Source of the DNA: Barthelona sp. PCE
Lineage: Eukaryota
Direction: 5' to 3'
DNA length: 64,000 bases
Assembly (NCBI GenBank): GCA_040285745.1
Contig: JAUFOR010000004.1
Coordinates: 620,001 to 684,000, forward strand
Shown: piece after piece, positions 1 to 9,113 of the stretch
Layout of the letters: the number at the start of each line of letters is the position of its first letter
Position numbering within the stretch: position 1 is the first letter of the stretch
Position numbers and translations under genes: made by a program
The notes under the pieces: model-generated
Told to the model about the DNA's origin: nothing
What the model saw: only the letters and a program-made list of their open reading frames with translations
Databases searched by the model: none

Positions 1-136
1 TTTTCAACAGGAATTAAGGACTTGTGGAATTTGAAATATGAACAAATATGGTTTACTCTCATCCGTGCTATTTTTATTTTCGCTTCATTCAGGTTTTTTT
101 TACGAAAAAAGCGTTGTATCGGGCACAAAATACTGC

Positions 137-1597
137 ATGGGACAAAAGCAGAGCACGATTACAGCACGAAGGCGAGAAGAAGTCATTTCTGAACAAGATT
201 CTATGGTTTTTAATGACAACCAAAGCTTTTACACAATAGATTCGCAGAGAACACCAAAGTCTGAGACAATGTCTGTGTTCTCATTCGATTCAAACACATT
301 CAAACTGGGAAACAACCTTGATGATTTTGAAACCTTTGATTTTCCTCAGAAAAAGAAAGTCGTATCAACTCTTAGCCGCGACGACTCAACAGGTGGCCTT
401 GAAGTATTTGATGTGGATGAAGAATTTGTTGAAGAACCTGCTCCAGATTTCGGTGTACTACCAACAAGTTTATTCCCCAAACAAAATTACGCACTATCGT
501 ATGCCGCAGGCGTTTCCGCGATACCCATCATTGATGGAGATAAGTTAATTGTCGGTACAGATAACGGCTCAGTCGAAGCTTTCGATTTGAACAGTGGCGC
601 AACAATATGGGCACAAACAATAAGGAGAGGATACCCAGTCCGATCAATGAAGTGCTCTTCGGGCGCCGGTGTCGTCATTGCGGTATGTCTAGATGCAATG
701 TACGTTCTTAATATATGTGATGGCGTCAAGATATTTTCTTCGCCTGTCTTAGTAGAAGCCATGATATCGCACCATCTGATGCCAGTAGGCCTGTCAGACA
801 GCGTCTTAGTGCAAGGAACAGCAGAGAAATCATGTTGTATCCGTGCACTGGATGATTTCCACGTTGTCAACAACACACAATTGATTAGTGCAATGTGCTG
901 TGAACCGGTATTGGAGACACAGAGTATGTGTTTCACAGTCGGTGATGCACATGATAGTGGTAATCTGTATTTTGCCACAATGGAAAAGACAGTCGGTGCC
1001 ATAATTGTTAATTCAGGTCGTATCAGGTTTGAGATACGGTTAAACTCAAAGGTAACAACACCTATTACAGTACACAGTCAGTTTTTCCTGTTTGGAACAG
1101 AAGAAGGCGTTATTCATTGCATTGATCGCTTTGGAGGAGAAAGTTTGTTCCAATTTTCACCATTCTCAGAATCTATGCAAGATAGGAAGGCTATTATTGG
1201 CGAGATCAGAGTTGTTGATATTGATAATAGCTACACAGGAATAGTTTTCTGCGATGAAAGCTCTAATGTGTTTTGTGTAGTTAAGCAAGATTTGACAGAG
1301 AGTTGGAAACTAACTTCCCAGGTGTTGAATCTTGTTCCAAGAAGGAAGAGTGTTGTGTGGACTGAGTATACAAGGATGATTCATTTCATTCAAACAGATG
1401 TAGTAAGGAATGAAGCTGGGAAGCATATTTTGTTTATCAGCATTCCAAACGTTTCAAAGAGTGTGGTGGGTATTAATGTAGCAAATGGACGAATTGCATA
1501 TGATATAGCAGTCGATCAGGCAGTAGCTGGTTTTGTTGTGGATGAAGAGAGCCTTATTATCACATTAATAGATGGTAAGATTATCAAATATGGATAG
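137..1597 (+). CDS. PQQ-like/BamB-type beta-propeller protein, probably N-myristoylated
   Basis: Repeated PQQ-type blades (LIVGTDNGSVEAFDLNSGATIW; LFGTEEGVIHCIDRFGG). The ORF track starts at 38, but the in-frame ATG at 137 gives MGQKQS, an MGxxxS myristoylation motif. Confidence 0.65.
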   Translation: MGQKQSTITARRREEVISEQDSMVFNDNQSFYTIDSQRTPKSETMSVFSFDSNTFKLGNNLDDFETFDFPQKKKVVSTLSRDDSTGGLEVFDVDEEFVEEPAPDFGVLPTSLFPKQNYALSYAAGVSAIPIIDGDKLIVGTDNGSVEAFDLNSGATIWAQTIRRGYPVRSMKCSSGAGVVIAVCLDAMYVLNICDGVKIFSSPVLVEAMISHHLMPVGLSDSVLVQGTAEKSCCIRALDDFHVVNNTQLISAMCCEPVLETQSMCFTVGDAHDSGNLYFATMEKTVGAIIVNSGRIRFEIRLNSKVTTPITVHSQFFLFGTEEGVIHCIDRFGGESLFQFSPFSESMQDRKAIIGEIRVVDIDNSYTGIVFCDESSNVFCVVKQDLTESWKLTSQVLNLVPRRKSVVWTEYTRMIHFIQTDVVRNEAGKHILFISIPNVSKSVVGINVANGRIAYDIAVDQAVAGFVVDEESLIITLIDGKIIKYG

Positions 1598-1656
1598 AAT
1601 AAACGAATATTGTTTTCACATTTTGACGCTCTTTGTATATTTATAGATACATTCTA

Positions 1657-4374
1657 ATGGTGATCAAGGGGCAGAAAATCATCTGTGGACTGAGTTTCGA
1701 TACGGATTCAGACTCAGATGACGATTTCATTCCAGTAGTGAAGAAGGTTGAAACGAAACAAACGAAACCAGTTATTGTACGATCACCACCGGCTAGGATG
1801 GTGCCCATTCCAAGTGAACCTGTTACTGTTTCTTTAAAAAAGAAACCACAAGCACTTAAACGAAAAGCAAGTGCTGTTTCTCATCAAAAAAAGTCGGATC
1901 CAGTTGTGGTATCAATTCCAAAGCCGGCAATTAGTGAGCCCAAACAGGAAGAGATTACATGTTCAGGGATTTTTTCAAGTGATGGAACTAAGCGTCAAAA
2001 GACAACTGTGTTGCCTGAACAGTCGGGCAGTCTGTTCGACGGCGTGAGGATGCACGTTAGTAAGTCGTTCCACAACAACAACTACACATACAAACATATT
2101 AGAACATTCCTCAAGGGTTGTGGAGCAAAGATGCTAAAGAAAGCAACCAGGGCGTGTGATATCATATTATACAGCCCCAGTGACGAATTTGCAGACCGTT
2201 ATAAGAAGTTGACCGATACCCATTTCGATAATGTCGTTGATTTCATTCAATATACTCATGAGCGTGTTGATATCATGAATGCAGCGACCACAAAGCCAAC
2301 GTACGGTGTCCGGGTGAAGGCTTTTGGATCAACCTCTGTCAATCAGAAGAAGCTTAAAAAAGTGTTCTTTAAGCTTGGCATGCGTATGGTTGATGATGTT
2401 AAGGATGCTGATATCATCATGCTTGGTCAGATTGGGTCAGAAGACCGGATTTTGTTGGAGCGTATAAAAGGAAAGAAGGGGGTCAAAGATGATGATTTTA
2501 CTTCATTTATTGTTGGTACAGAGGAGAACATAGCTTCCAACATTGAGACGCTGCCGCCAATAGAGGCTGTGCTCAAGGGTGTGAGACGTGTTAAGCGAAA
2601 GGTAGAGAAGGTAGTTGCTGAAAAAACCAAAGTCAGTCTAGCAGGAGCCGGTACAGCTATTGCTAATGAGTCTGCCAGTGATCTATGGGTAGACAAGTAC
2701 CGCCCGATGCGAGCTAAGGATCTCATAGGAAATCCAACGTCAATTAGGAATTTCAAGCTCTGGTCTCTTTACTATGAGAAGGTGAGGCGGTGTATTAAGA
2801 AGGGACGTGATTTTAAAACGTCAAAATACTACAGGGAGTATCTCCAGGACGCAGGAAGACTGCGTATTGAGAGTTTTGCAGCAGATCAGTTCTTGTCCAA
2901 TTTTGAGTTCGATTGCTGTCTTCTCAGTGGCGCGCCGGGTATAGGAAAGACAAGCAGCGTGTACATGGCTGCGAAGGAGCTGGGTTTCGATATTGTAGAA
3001 TTCAACGCAAGTGATGTGCGATCGAAGAAGCAGATACAAGCCCTCTTTAGTGGCGGTCTCAACGCTGGTTCAGTCACGCACATTTTGGAGGAAGGAAGCA
3101 AAACCAAAAAGTCAGAGGATACTGTAAGGTCAAGGAAGCGGCTTATTCTTATGGATGAAGTTGACGGAATGTCGACTGGAGATCGTGGTGGTCTGCAGGA
3201 GGTTTTGAGGCAAGCAAAGAACAGTACGGTGCCTATTGCTCTCATTGCTAATGACATGTCGTCCTCCAAGATGCGCACTGCAGCACCAAAGGTGTATCAC
3301 CTGAAGTTCAGAAAGCCTGGCGTCGGCATTGTCGCTAAAAGACTGAAGGCGATATGTGCGCGTGAAAATGTTGTAATTGAGGACCAGCAGCTCATTGATT
3401 TGACTGAAAGTGCAAACTGCGATATTAGGCAATGTGTCAACACATTACACATGTTTGCTAAGGAACAGAAGAGACTCAGGAAGAAGCACGGAGCTAACAC
3501 TGATACCAGCCATTTGTTGGAGCCTGCCAAGGATCTTGATCTGGGTCCATTCGACGTCATCCCCATGCTGTTCAGCCCCATGCTTGGAGGGAAAATATCG
3601 CGATTCATGCAGTACTTTTGGGTTGACTATTCTCTTATGCCACACTTTGTTTTTGAGTGCTATAAGAATGCAGCTACAGATACATTGGACGATATGGAGG
3701 CGCTGGATGCGCTTGTGGACGCATCAAGCTCCATAGTTGATGGTGATCTTATTCATTCAACAATAGCAATGCAGAATTGGTCGCTGCTACCTGCCAGAGG
3801 TCTATGTGGTGCGGTGTATCCTGCACGTATTGTCGAAGGCGGTGTTCACGGTGCAGGATTCCCATCAGTATTGGGAAAGATATCATCGACGAACAAAAGG
3901 AAGAGGTTAATCAATGAGATTAATATGTCTGTTACTCAGACAGCGCATTCGACTCCACGTGACGTGAATTTGAATTATATGTCTCTTATGAGAAGAAAAT
4001 TCATCACAGGAATTTCAAATGCAATCACAGAAGAAGCTAAGGAAGTTGCCATTAGTGAATTAATTGAATTTTTGAATGCGTACCGTCTCGTTAAACATGA
4101 TTTTGAGGGATTAAATCTGCTCCAAGAGTTTGAAATGGGCAAATTTATTCCTAGTTATGAAGCTGTTGATACTCAGTTGAAACGGCGTATTACAACTCAA
4201 CTTTCAAGTCACTCAAGCGGTTCGAACTCGTTTAAGGATGGAGATACGTTGATTCTGAAGGGTAAATCACAGCTTGGAAAACGGCCGCCAAAGGAAAAGA
4301 CCAGAAAGACAACAAAGAAAAAAACAACAACAAGGAAGAAGAAGAGCAGAGGATTGGATAGCTTTTTTAAGTAA
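1657..4374 (+). CDS. RFC1: Replication factor C large subunit
   Basis: LWVDKYRP, Walker A GAPGIGKT, EFNASDVRS, Walker B MDEVDGM, DRGG, CDIRQ, RFC1 C-terminal helical domain. First ATG at 1657 (the ORF track uses TTG at 1633). Confidence 0.95.
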   Translation: MVIKGQKIICGLSFDTDSDSDDDFIPVVKKVETKQTKPVIVRSPPARMVPIPSEPVTVSLKKKPQALKRKASAVSHQKKSDPVVVSIPKPAISEPKQEEITCSGIFSSDGTKRQKTTVLPEQSGSLFDGVRMHVSKSFHNNNYTYKHIRTFLKGCGAKMLKKATRACDIILYSPSDEFADRYKKLTDTHFDNVVDFIQYTHERVDIMNAATTKPTYGVRVKAFGSTSVNQKKLKKVFFKLGMRMVDDVKDADIIMLGQIGSEDRILLERIKGKKGVKDDDFTSFIVGTEENIASNIETLPPIEAVLKGVRRVKRKVEKVVAEKTKVSLAGAGTAIANESASDLWVDKYRPMRAKDLIGNPTSIRNFKLWSLYYEKVRRCIKKGRDFKTSKYYREYLQDAGRLRIESFAADQFLSNFEFDCCLLSGAPGIGKTSSVYMAAKELGFDIVEFNASDVRSKKQIQALFSGGLNAGSVTHILEEGSKTKKSEDTVRSRKRLILMDEVDGMSTGDRGGLQEVLRQAKNSTVPIALIANDMSSSKMRTAAPKVYHLKFRKPGVGIVAKRLKAICARENVVIEDQQLIDLTESANCDIRQCVNTLHMFAKEQKRLRKKHGANTDTSHLLEPAKDLDLGPFDVIPMLFSPMLGGKISRFMQYFWVDYSLMPHFVFECYKNAATDTLDDMEALDALVDASSSIVDGDLIHSTIAMQNWSLLPARGLCGAVYPARIVEGGVHGAGFPSVLGKISSTNKRKRLINEINMSVTQTAHSTPRDVNLNYMSLMRRKFITGISNAITEEAKEVAISELIEFLNAYRLVKHDFEGLNLLQEFEMGKFIPSYEAVDTQLKRRITTQLSSHSSGSNSFKDGDTLILKGKSQLGKRPPKEKTRKTTKKKTTTRKKKSRGLDSFFK

Positions 4375-4382
4375 ATAATTGA

Positions 4383-4840
4383 GGCACGCTTGTGAATAAC
4401 ACGCTATTTCGTAGGAGTAAATCTACTGAGGAGTAGACACGCGGTCTTCCCTCTTGTACTCTGTGAGTACTTACATCATTTCTTTCTCCCCTTTTATTTT
4501 AAAGGTGACATACAGGCGCTAGCCTTCAGACTTTATACTTGAGGTAGTAAACAGCGGAGGGGGACGAAGCGAACCGTCATGTGTAGTAGGTGTCCGTAGG
4601 ACCCGATACGGTTTTTCTTACCTTTTTCAAAAAAAAAGGGTTTTAGGCCACTTCCCGGACGAAACACCCTCTACACGTGAAGGCGAGCCTTCCCACGTGA
4701 GCGTTCCCCGACGTCAATAAACCTACTTCAGTATAAAAAAAGGGCTCTAGAACAATTCTCAGTGCAAGCACAGCACTCGAGGGAGCTCGCAACTCCCGTA
4801 CAAGTGTCTAACTCCGAAGTAAATTCACAACCTCCTACGA
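4383..4840. mobile_element. Family-1 non-autonomous foldback element, interrupted by a family-2 insertion
   Basis: 4383-4503 plus 4736-4840 is the reverse complement of 22595-22820 with one substitution. Flanks differ between the copies. Confidence 0.85.
4504..4735. mobile_element. Family-2 foldback element (232 bp) nested in the family-1 element
   Basis: Absent from the 22595-22820 copy. 4504-4657 matches the reverse complement of 38540-38694. Inverted arms start TATACT at 4534 and end AGTATA at 4735. Confidence 0.85.
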
Positions 4841-5391
4841 ATCGGTGTAAGCATCTAGTTGTTTATTGCAGGAATCTAGTATTTGCAGGGTAACAAAAGC
4901 AATGTAATAAACCCGAACTTTATAGTTGAGAACAATGGTTTGTGCACAGTAAAATCAGCATTCTAGAAATTATGTCCCATAATACAAACTTTACCCACAA
5001 CAACAACAAAAAAATTTTCACCCCGTATTTCAAGGTCTTAGCCTGGTACTTCTGAGTTAAATGTTCTGTTTGGCTGTTTCTGTCTTCGAAAAAGATGGTA
5101 TCTTTTGAAGATTTAACTCTTTGAGAAATATTCAGTTTTTAAGCTGTTACCTTAATGCACGTTGTTTTCTCACACTTTAAATACAATTTTCGGTACATCT
5201 AAGCACTAATATGTTATTGTAGTATGAATAATATGAAAAACAGGTAAACAAATGGTGTAGGGTTTAATTTTTACAAAATACTTCTGAAAATGCATGTTTC
5301 TTGGCTTTAAAGTTCCAATGAGCCAATGTAAAATCTATAACCCTGTGCTTTCTGTTGTGAATCTTTTTCTTACCCTTTTCATCGAATAATT

Positions 5392-5986
5392 ATGCCTCGC
5401 AAAATAGTTCCCAGCATAAAATCATTAAAGGATCTTCAGTTGAAGTCTTTTGCAGCTCTTCTCTTATCATATCGTGTAAGTGGAACTAAGTCATTTATGA
5501 CAGCACACATGATTGATGAGCTCAGGTTATTCTTCCACATACCGTATGTTAGTCCCACGCGAACCACTTAATTTTTGCTTTTAACTTACATTTAGCTCCA
5601 CCACATACAGTAATCTTTTAGAGCAACTTGAGAATGAGCCTCTGTTAAAGGAACTTGAGAGGTTTTCTCAGAGCCATCTTAAGGATATTGAGAAGCAACC
5701 TCTACCTGTTCGTAATGATATTCACGAATTATTGCATGGTTTTATTCAGTTCAGTGATAAAGGCACCTATCCTCGCCGTTCCCTCCCTTCATCTTCATCA
5801 ACCATTTGCTTTTCGACAAATTCAGATATTCAGAGCTTGGTCAGTTATGCAAACACCATTTTTGGTCAAACTGTGGAAAAGAGTGATGTACGCAGAGCCC
5901 GTACTCTTATTGACAAGGAGTTAGAGAAGGTAGATGAAGAATTAAAGTTTACTCAACAGGGATATACCTTGCCTTCTTATGAGTAG
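5392..5986 (+). CDS. ENT (EMSY N-terminal) domain protein; exons 5392-5543 and 5596-5986
   Basis: Removing intron 5544-5595 joins MPRKIV..LQLKSFAALLLSYRVSG..IDELRLFFHIP to the frame of ORF 5732..5986. The helical pattern resembles the ENT domain. Confidence 0.7.
5544..5595 (+). other. Spliceosomal intron, 52 nt
   Basis: GTATGT...CTTACATTTAG; removal restores the reading frame. Confidence 0.85.
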
Positions 5987-6022
5987 AAGAAATGTAACAG
6001 TTAGAAAAAGAGACATTAGACA

Positions 6023-7225
6023 TTAAGTAATTAAATTACGTTTGATTTGTGGAAGAAAAACAAGAAAATTATAAATAAAAAACAGAATTGATGAAAGAAA
6101 AGCTAAAAAATGAACTGCAATATTTTGAAACTCAATTAAATATCCGAAAAATAACCAAAAACCCATTAAAGCTACGAAACTCATTGTGTAAAAGACAAAG
6201 GAGTGATGTTTAAAATCTATAATCAATGGCAAAAAGACGAAAAACCAAGTAAAGTATTGAACTGTTACAACCTTATTAAAGAAAACAAAAACAAAAACGA
6301 TCTCAAATAAAACTCTTAAAAACAAAATATTTTTATCGCCCTTGTAATAGATTAAGGGTACTGAAATCTTGATTATCAAAATAAGTTGTAATATCATTGG
6401 GATATAATTAAGTATGCGCTCAGCTGTGCTAGGTACTGTTAGTTCACTAAGGTATATGCTGAGCCAATAGACTGAAAAGTTATGACGGTGATCTTTCCTT
6501 ATTATATGGTAGAAATATGATTCATACAGAAAATCAAAGCCAAACTTGCGATAGTAGAAGATTATTGGAGCCACAAATGAAATAAAGGCGAAAAAGGCAA
6601 ACTCAAAAATGCGAATTATGCTTTGAACAGATCGCAGACCAAAGTAACACAGTACAGCAATGGAAAAGAGACCAGGGAAAATTTTGTAGTGTGTAGCAAA
6701 TCCCAGAACAACAGCACTCAGCTTAAAACGTTTGCTGATAAAGAGATAGACGAAAAGCACGACGAAGAAACAGATTACAGCTTCTGGAGATCCACGTGTC
6801 GAAATGTTGGCGACAACTGGGTTTCCAAGCCACAAGAAGAACGACAATAATGATAGTGAACTTTTGTTCTGAAGTTTTTTAACAATTAGGCACATCATGT
6901 ACCCGATGGCGATATCCAGTGCAACAAGTACAATTTTGACGAGAAAAGGGTTGTGTAGAAACACAGGGTATGAAAAGATCATTGCGAGAAACGGTGTATA
7001 ACGGTACGTTGTTCTAATGTATGGACTTTTGCCCTGTGAATACAGCAATGCACCCTCCATCACCACATAAAAGTCAATGTCTGTGAACGGGACGCTTCCC
7101 ATAGCCTCATGAATAAAGCTATAAGCAAAGAAAATACACCTGACTACTACTCCCCATAACAGTGCGGCCTTTGTGCTCACGCACCTTGTCCCTGTGCCAT
7201 TGTTTTTCTCAGTCAATGGTTCCAT
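6023..7225 (-). CDS. PIGM: GPI mannosyltransferase I
   Basis: FTDIDF, SPYIRTTYRYTP, NISTRGSPE, RKDHRHNFS, FNKVVTVQYF; multi-pass hydrophobic. Confidence 0.95.
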   Translation of the reverse strand: MEPLTEKNNGTGTRCVSTKAALLWGVVVRCIFFAYSFIHEAMGSVPFTDIDFYVVMEGALLYSQGKSPYIRTTYRYTPFLAMIFSYPVFLHNPFLVKIVLVALDIAIGYMMCLIVKKLQNKSSLSLLSFFLWLGNPVVANISTRGSPEAVICFFVVLFVYLFISKRFKLSAVVLGFATHYKIFPGLFSIAVLCYFGLRSVQSIIRIFEFAFFAFISFVAPIIFYYRKFGFDFLYESYFYHIIRKDHRHNFSVYWLSIYLSELTVPSTAERILNYIPMILQLILIIKISVPLIYYKGDKNILFLRVLFEIVFVFVFFNKVVTVQYFTWFFVFLPLIIDFKHHSFVFYTMSFVALMGFWLFFGYLIEFQNIAVHFLAFLSSILFFIYNFLVFLPQIKRNLIT

Positions 7226-7385
7226 TAAAACTACTTATTCGAGCTGAAAAAGATAAAAAAGTTAAAGCCACTGTTGTGGTATTTCTTCATAACAATGTTC
7301 TGCTTTGTCATGAGCATTGTATTCTTCTGAAATGAAAAACGTTGAAAAAAGAGAGATTTTTACTGAAGATTAAAACGCGCATTAT

Positions 7386-7997
7386 TTACATGGGAACAAC
7401 CTTACGGCCAGCAAGAACGTCTTCCATTCTCTTCTGGACAACGGTCCAGTCGACGTGGTTCAGATAAGCCTGAATGTAAGCACCCTTCTCGGAAGGAGCA
7501 TAGGCACCTGAAATGAGATAAGCGTGCTCCCACATATCAACGAAGAAAATAGCCTCACCATGGGGAATGGCATCCTCGTGGCTGCTGACCCAAACAGTGG
7601 AAAGCTTGTGGGTAACAGGGCACATGACAACGACGATCCATCCAACACCACGTGTTGTACCAGCTGTGGTTACGTCAGCAATGAGCTTGTCGAAGGAGGT
7701 CTCAGCCTGCTCCTCGAGCATACGCTTGAAATCGTCTGTGGGGGCAACACCATCAACCTTGAGCTGCTCAAAGTAGTAGAGATGGTTAAAGTAGCCACGG
7801 CTCTCGAAACCGAGACGGCGGCGACGATCAGCAAGATGCTGACCGGAGATTGTGGGGATTTCGGTGAGAAGACCATTGAGGTTCTTGCAGTAACCCTTCA
7901 AAAGACCGATATGGGCAGTGAGGAGTTCATTAGGCAAGCCAGCGTATTCATTCTCAAGAACATTAGCTATTAATTCGGGTTTCACGGTGTAGGTCAT
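7386..7997 (-). CDS. sod: Fe/Mn superoxide dismutase, bacterial (ChrC-like) type
   Basis: Metal ligands H (TAHIG), H (FNHLYY) and D/H in DMWEHAY; GVGW; RRLGFE motif. Confidence 0.9.
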   Translation of the reverse strand: MTYTVKPELIANVLENEYAGLPNELLTAHIGLLKGYCKNLNGLLTEIPTISGQHLADRRRRLGFESRGYFNHLYYFEQLKVDGVAPTDDFKRMLEEQAETSFDKLIADVTTAGTTRGVGWIVVVMCPVTHKLSTVWVSSHEDAIPHGEAIFFVDMWEHAYLISGAYAPSEKGAYIQAYLNHVDWTVVQKRMEDVLAGRKVVPM

Positions 7998-9113
7998 TTT
8001 GGAAGTCGTTTTGGAATATGGTTAAAAAGACAAAAGCAAAAATTACGAGCTTACAAGCAATTCGAGTGCTTTTTATGGCTTTTTTGGGAAAATCATCCGC
8101 AATACAAGGTCTGAAATTCCCAAAAAATATAGTTTAACAGATCTATTGATCTAATGAGTTTTAAGATTTGTAAAGCTATGTCTCAAAGCTCCGGCGTGTT
8201 ACTGTTCGTCAATGTTTCTAAACGCTGGAAAACACCCAGAATTTAAGCATATAAAAAAATAATACTGTTTGCTTCACACTGCAGTCTTTTATTAACTTTT
8301 TGTACTTGAATTGGGGATAAAGCATACTTTTTAGGGTGACTTACCATTGCAATACCCAGAGCAACGATGACTAATTTGTGTTTGTGTGATTCTGTCCTCT
8401 TTCCAATGAAATTGTAACTCAGCTTCCATGGTAGGGAAGCTCATGCTTGCTACGGCAGGTTTTGCGCTGTAGTTTTAATGTTGAAAGCTTAATGTTTGTG
8501 TGTGTCATTTTTTCTTCATTCGTTGTTCTTATCCGTAGCAAAACAGGCGAATATTAATGGCAGAGGCTAAATAATGATCGGGAGTCTTAAATATGAATAC
8601 ATGCTTTTGTATATTTTATCACAGTCATGCATCACTTTTATCACTCATATTTAGTTGGATAAGCAGTAAGCTTCATGCCCTAAAACGACCGCAAGTGAAT
8701 TTTATTTCACTAAATCAGAGGTTTTTTTTTTGCTAACTACCATTAAGTTTCAGGACTAGAAACAAAGATAGCGTATGGAATACATGCAATAGTCATCTGT
8801 GACTAAACAATAACTCCTGAAAAATTAAATTTGAGAAGTTGTTTTCCAAAATTTCTTTTTTTTTAGCTTTTAAACAATATACGTCGCGAAAACAGCTTCA
8901 ATTGAGCGTTCCTATCCGCAAAACGACAATGCCGTCAGACGTACCTCTTCTTGTGGTTTTTGTGGCTAAATCTGCGTGGTTTATAGTCAGCGAGTAGAAA
9001 TTTGTATGGTGCGGACATATCCGGTGAAAATCCATGGTTTGTGGTTCATTTAGACTAGAATGAGGTAAAGTATCAACAAAGGTATATTTTATTTTTTCTC
9101 TATTATCAGTCAT

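Noticed and set aside
4440-4462. Minus-strand AGTACAAGAGGGAAGACCGC resembles the 5S rRNA box C region
   Set aside because: There is no 5S helix I or box A, and the segment is explained as part of a foldback arm.
4655-4670. GGACGAAAC (and CTGAGGAG at 4426) as a hammerhead ribozyme core
   Set aside because: No CUGANGA is correctly placed before a stem II and GAAA on the same strand. An HDV-like P1 partner is also absent.
4383-4840. CRISPR array, tRNA cluster or classical TIR MITE
   Set aside because: There is no repeat-spacer periodicity, cloverleaf or B box, the inverted repeats are not terminal at both ends, and there is no TSD.
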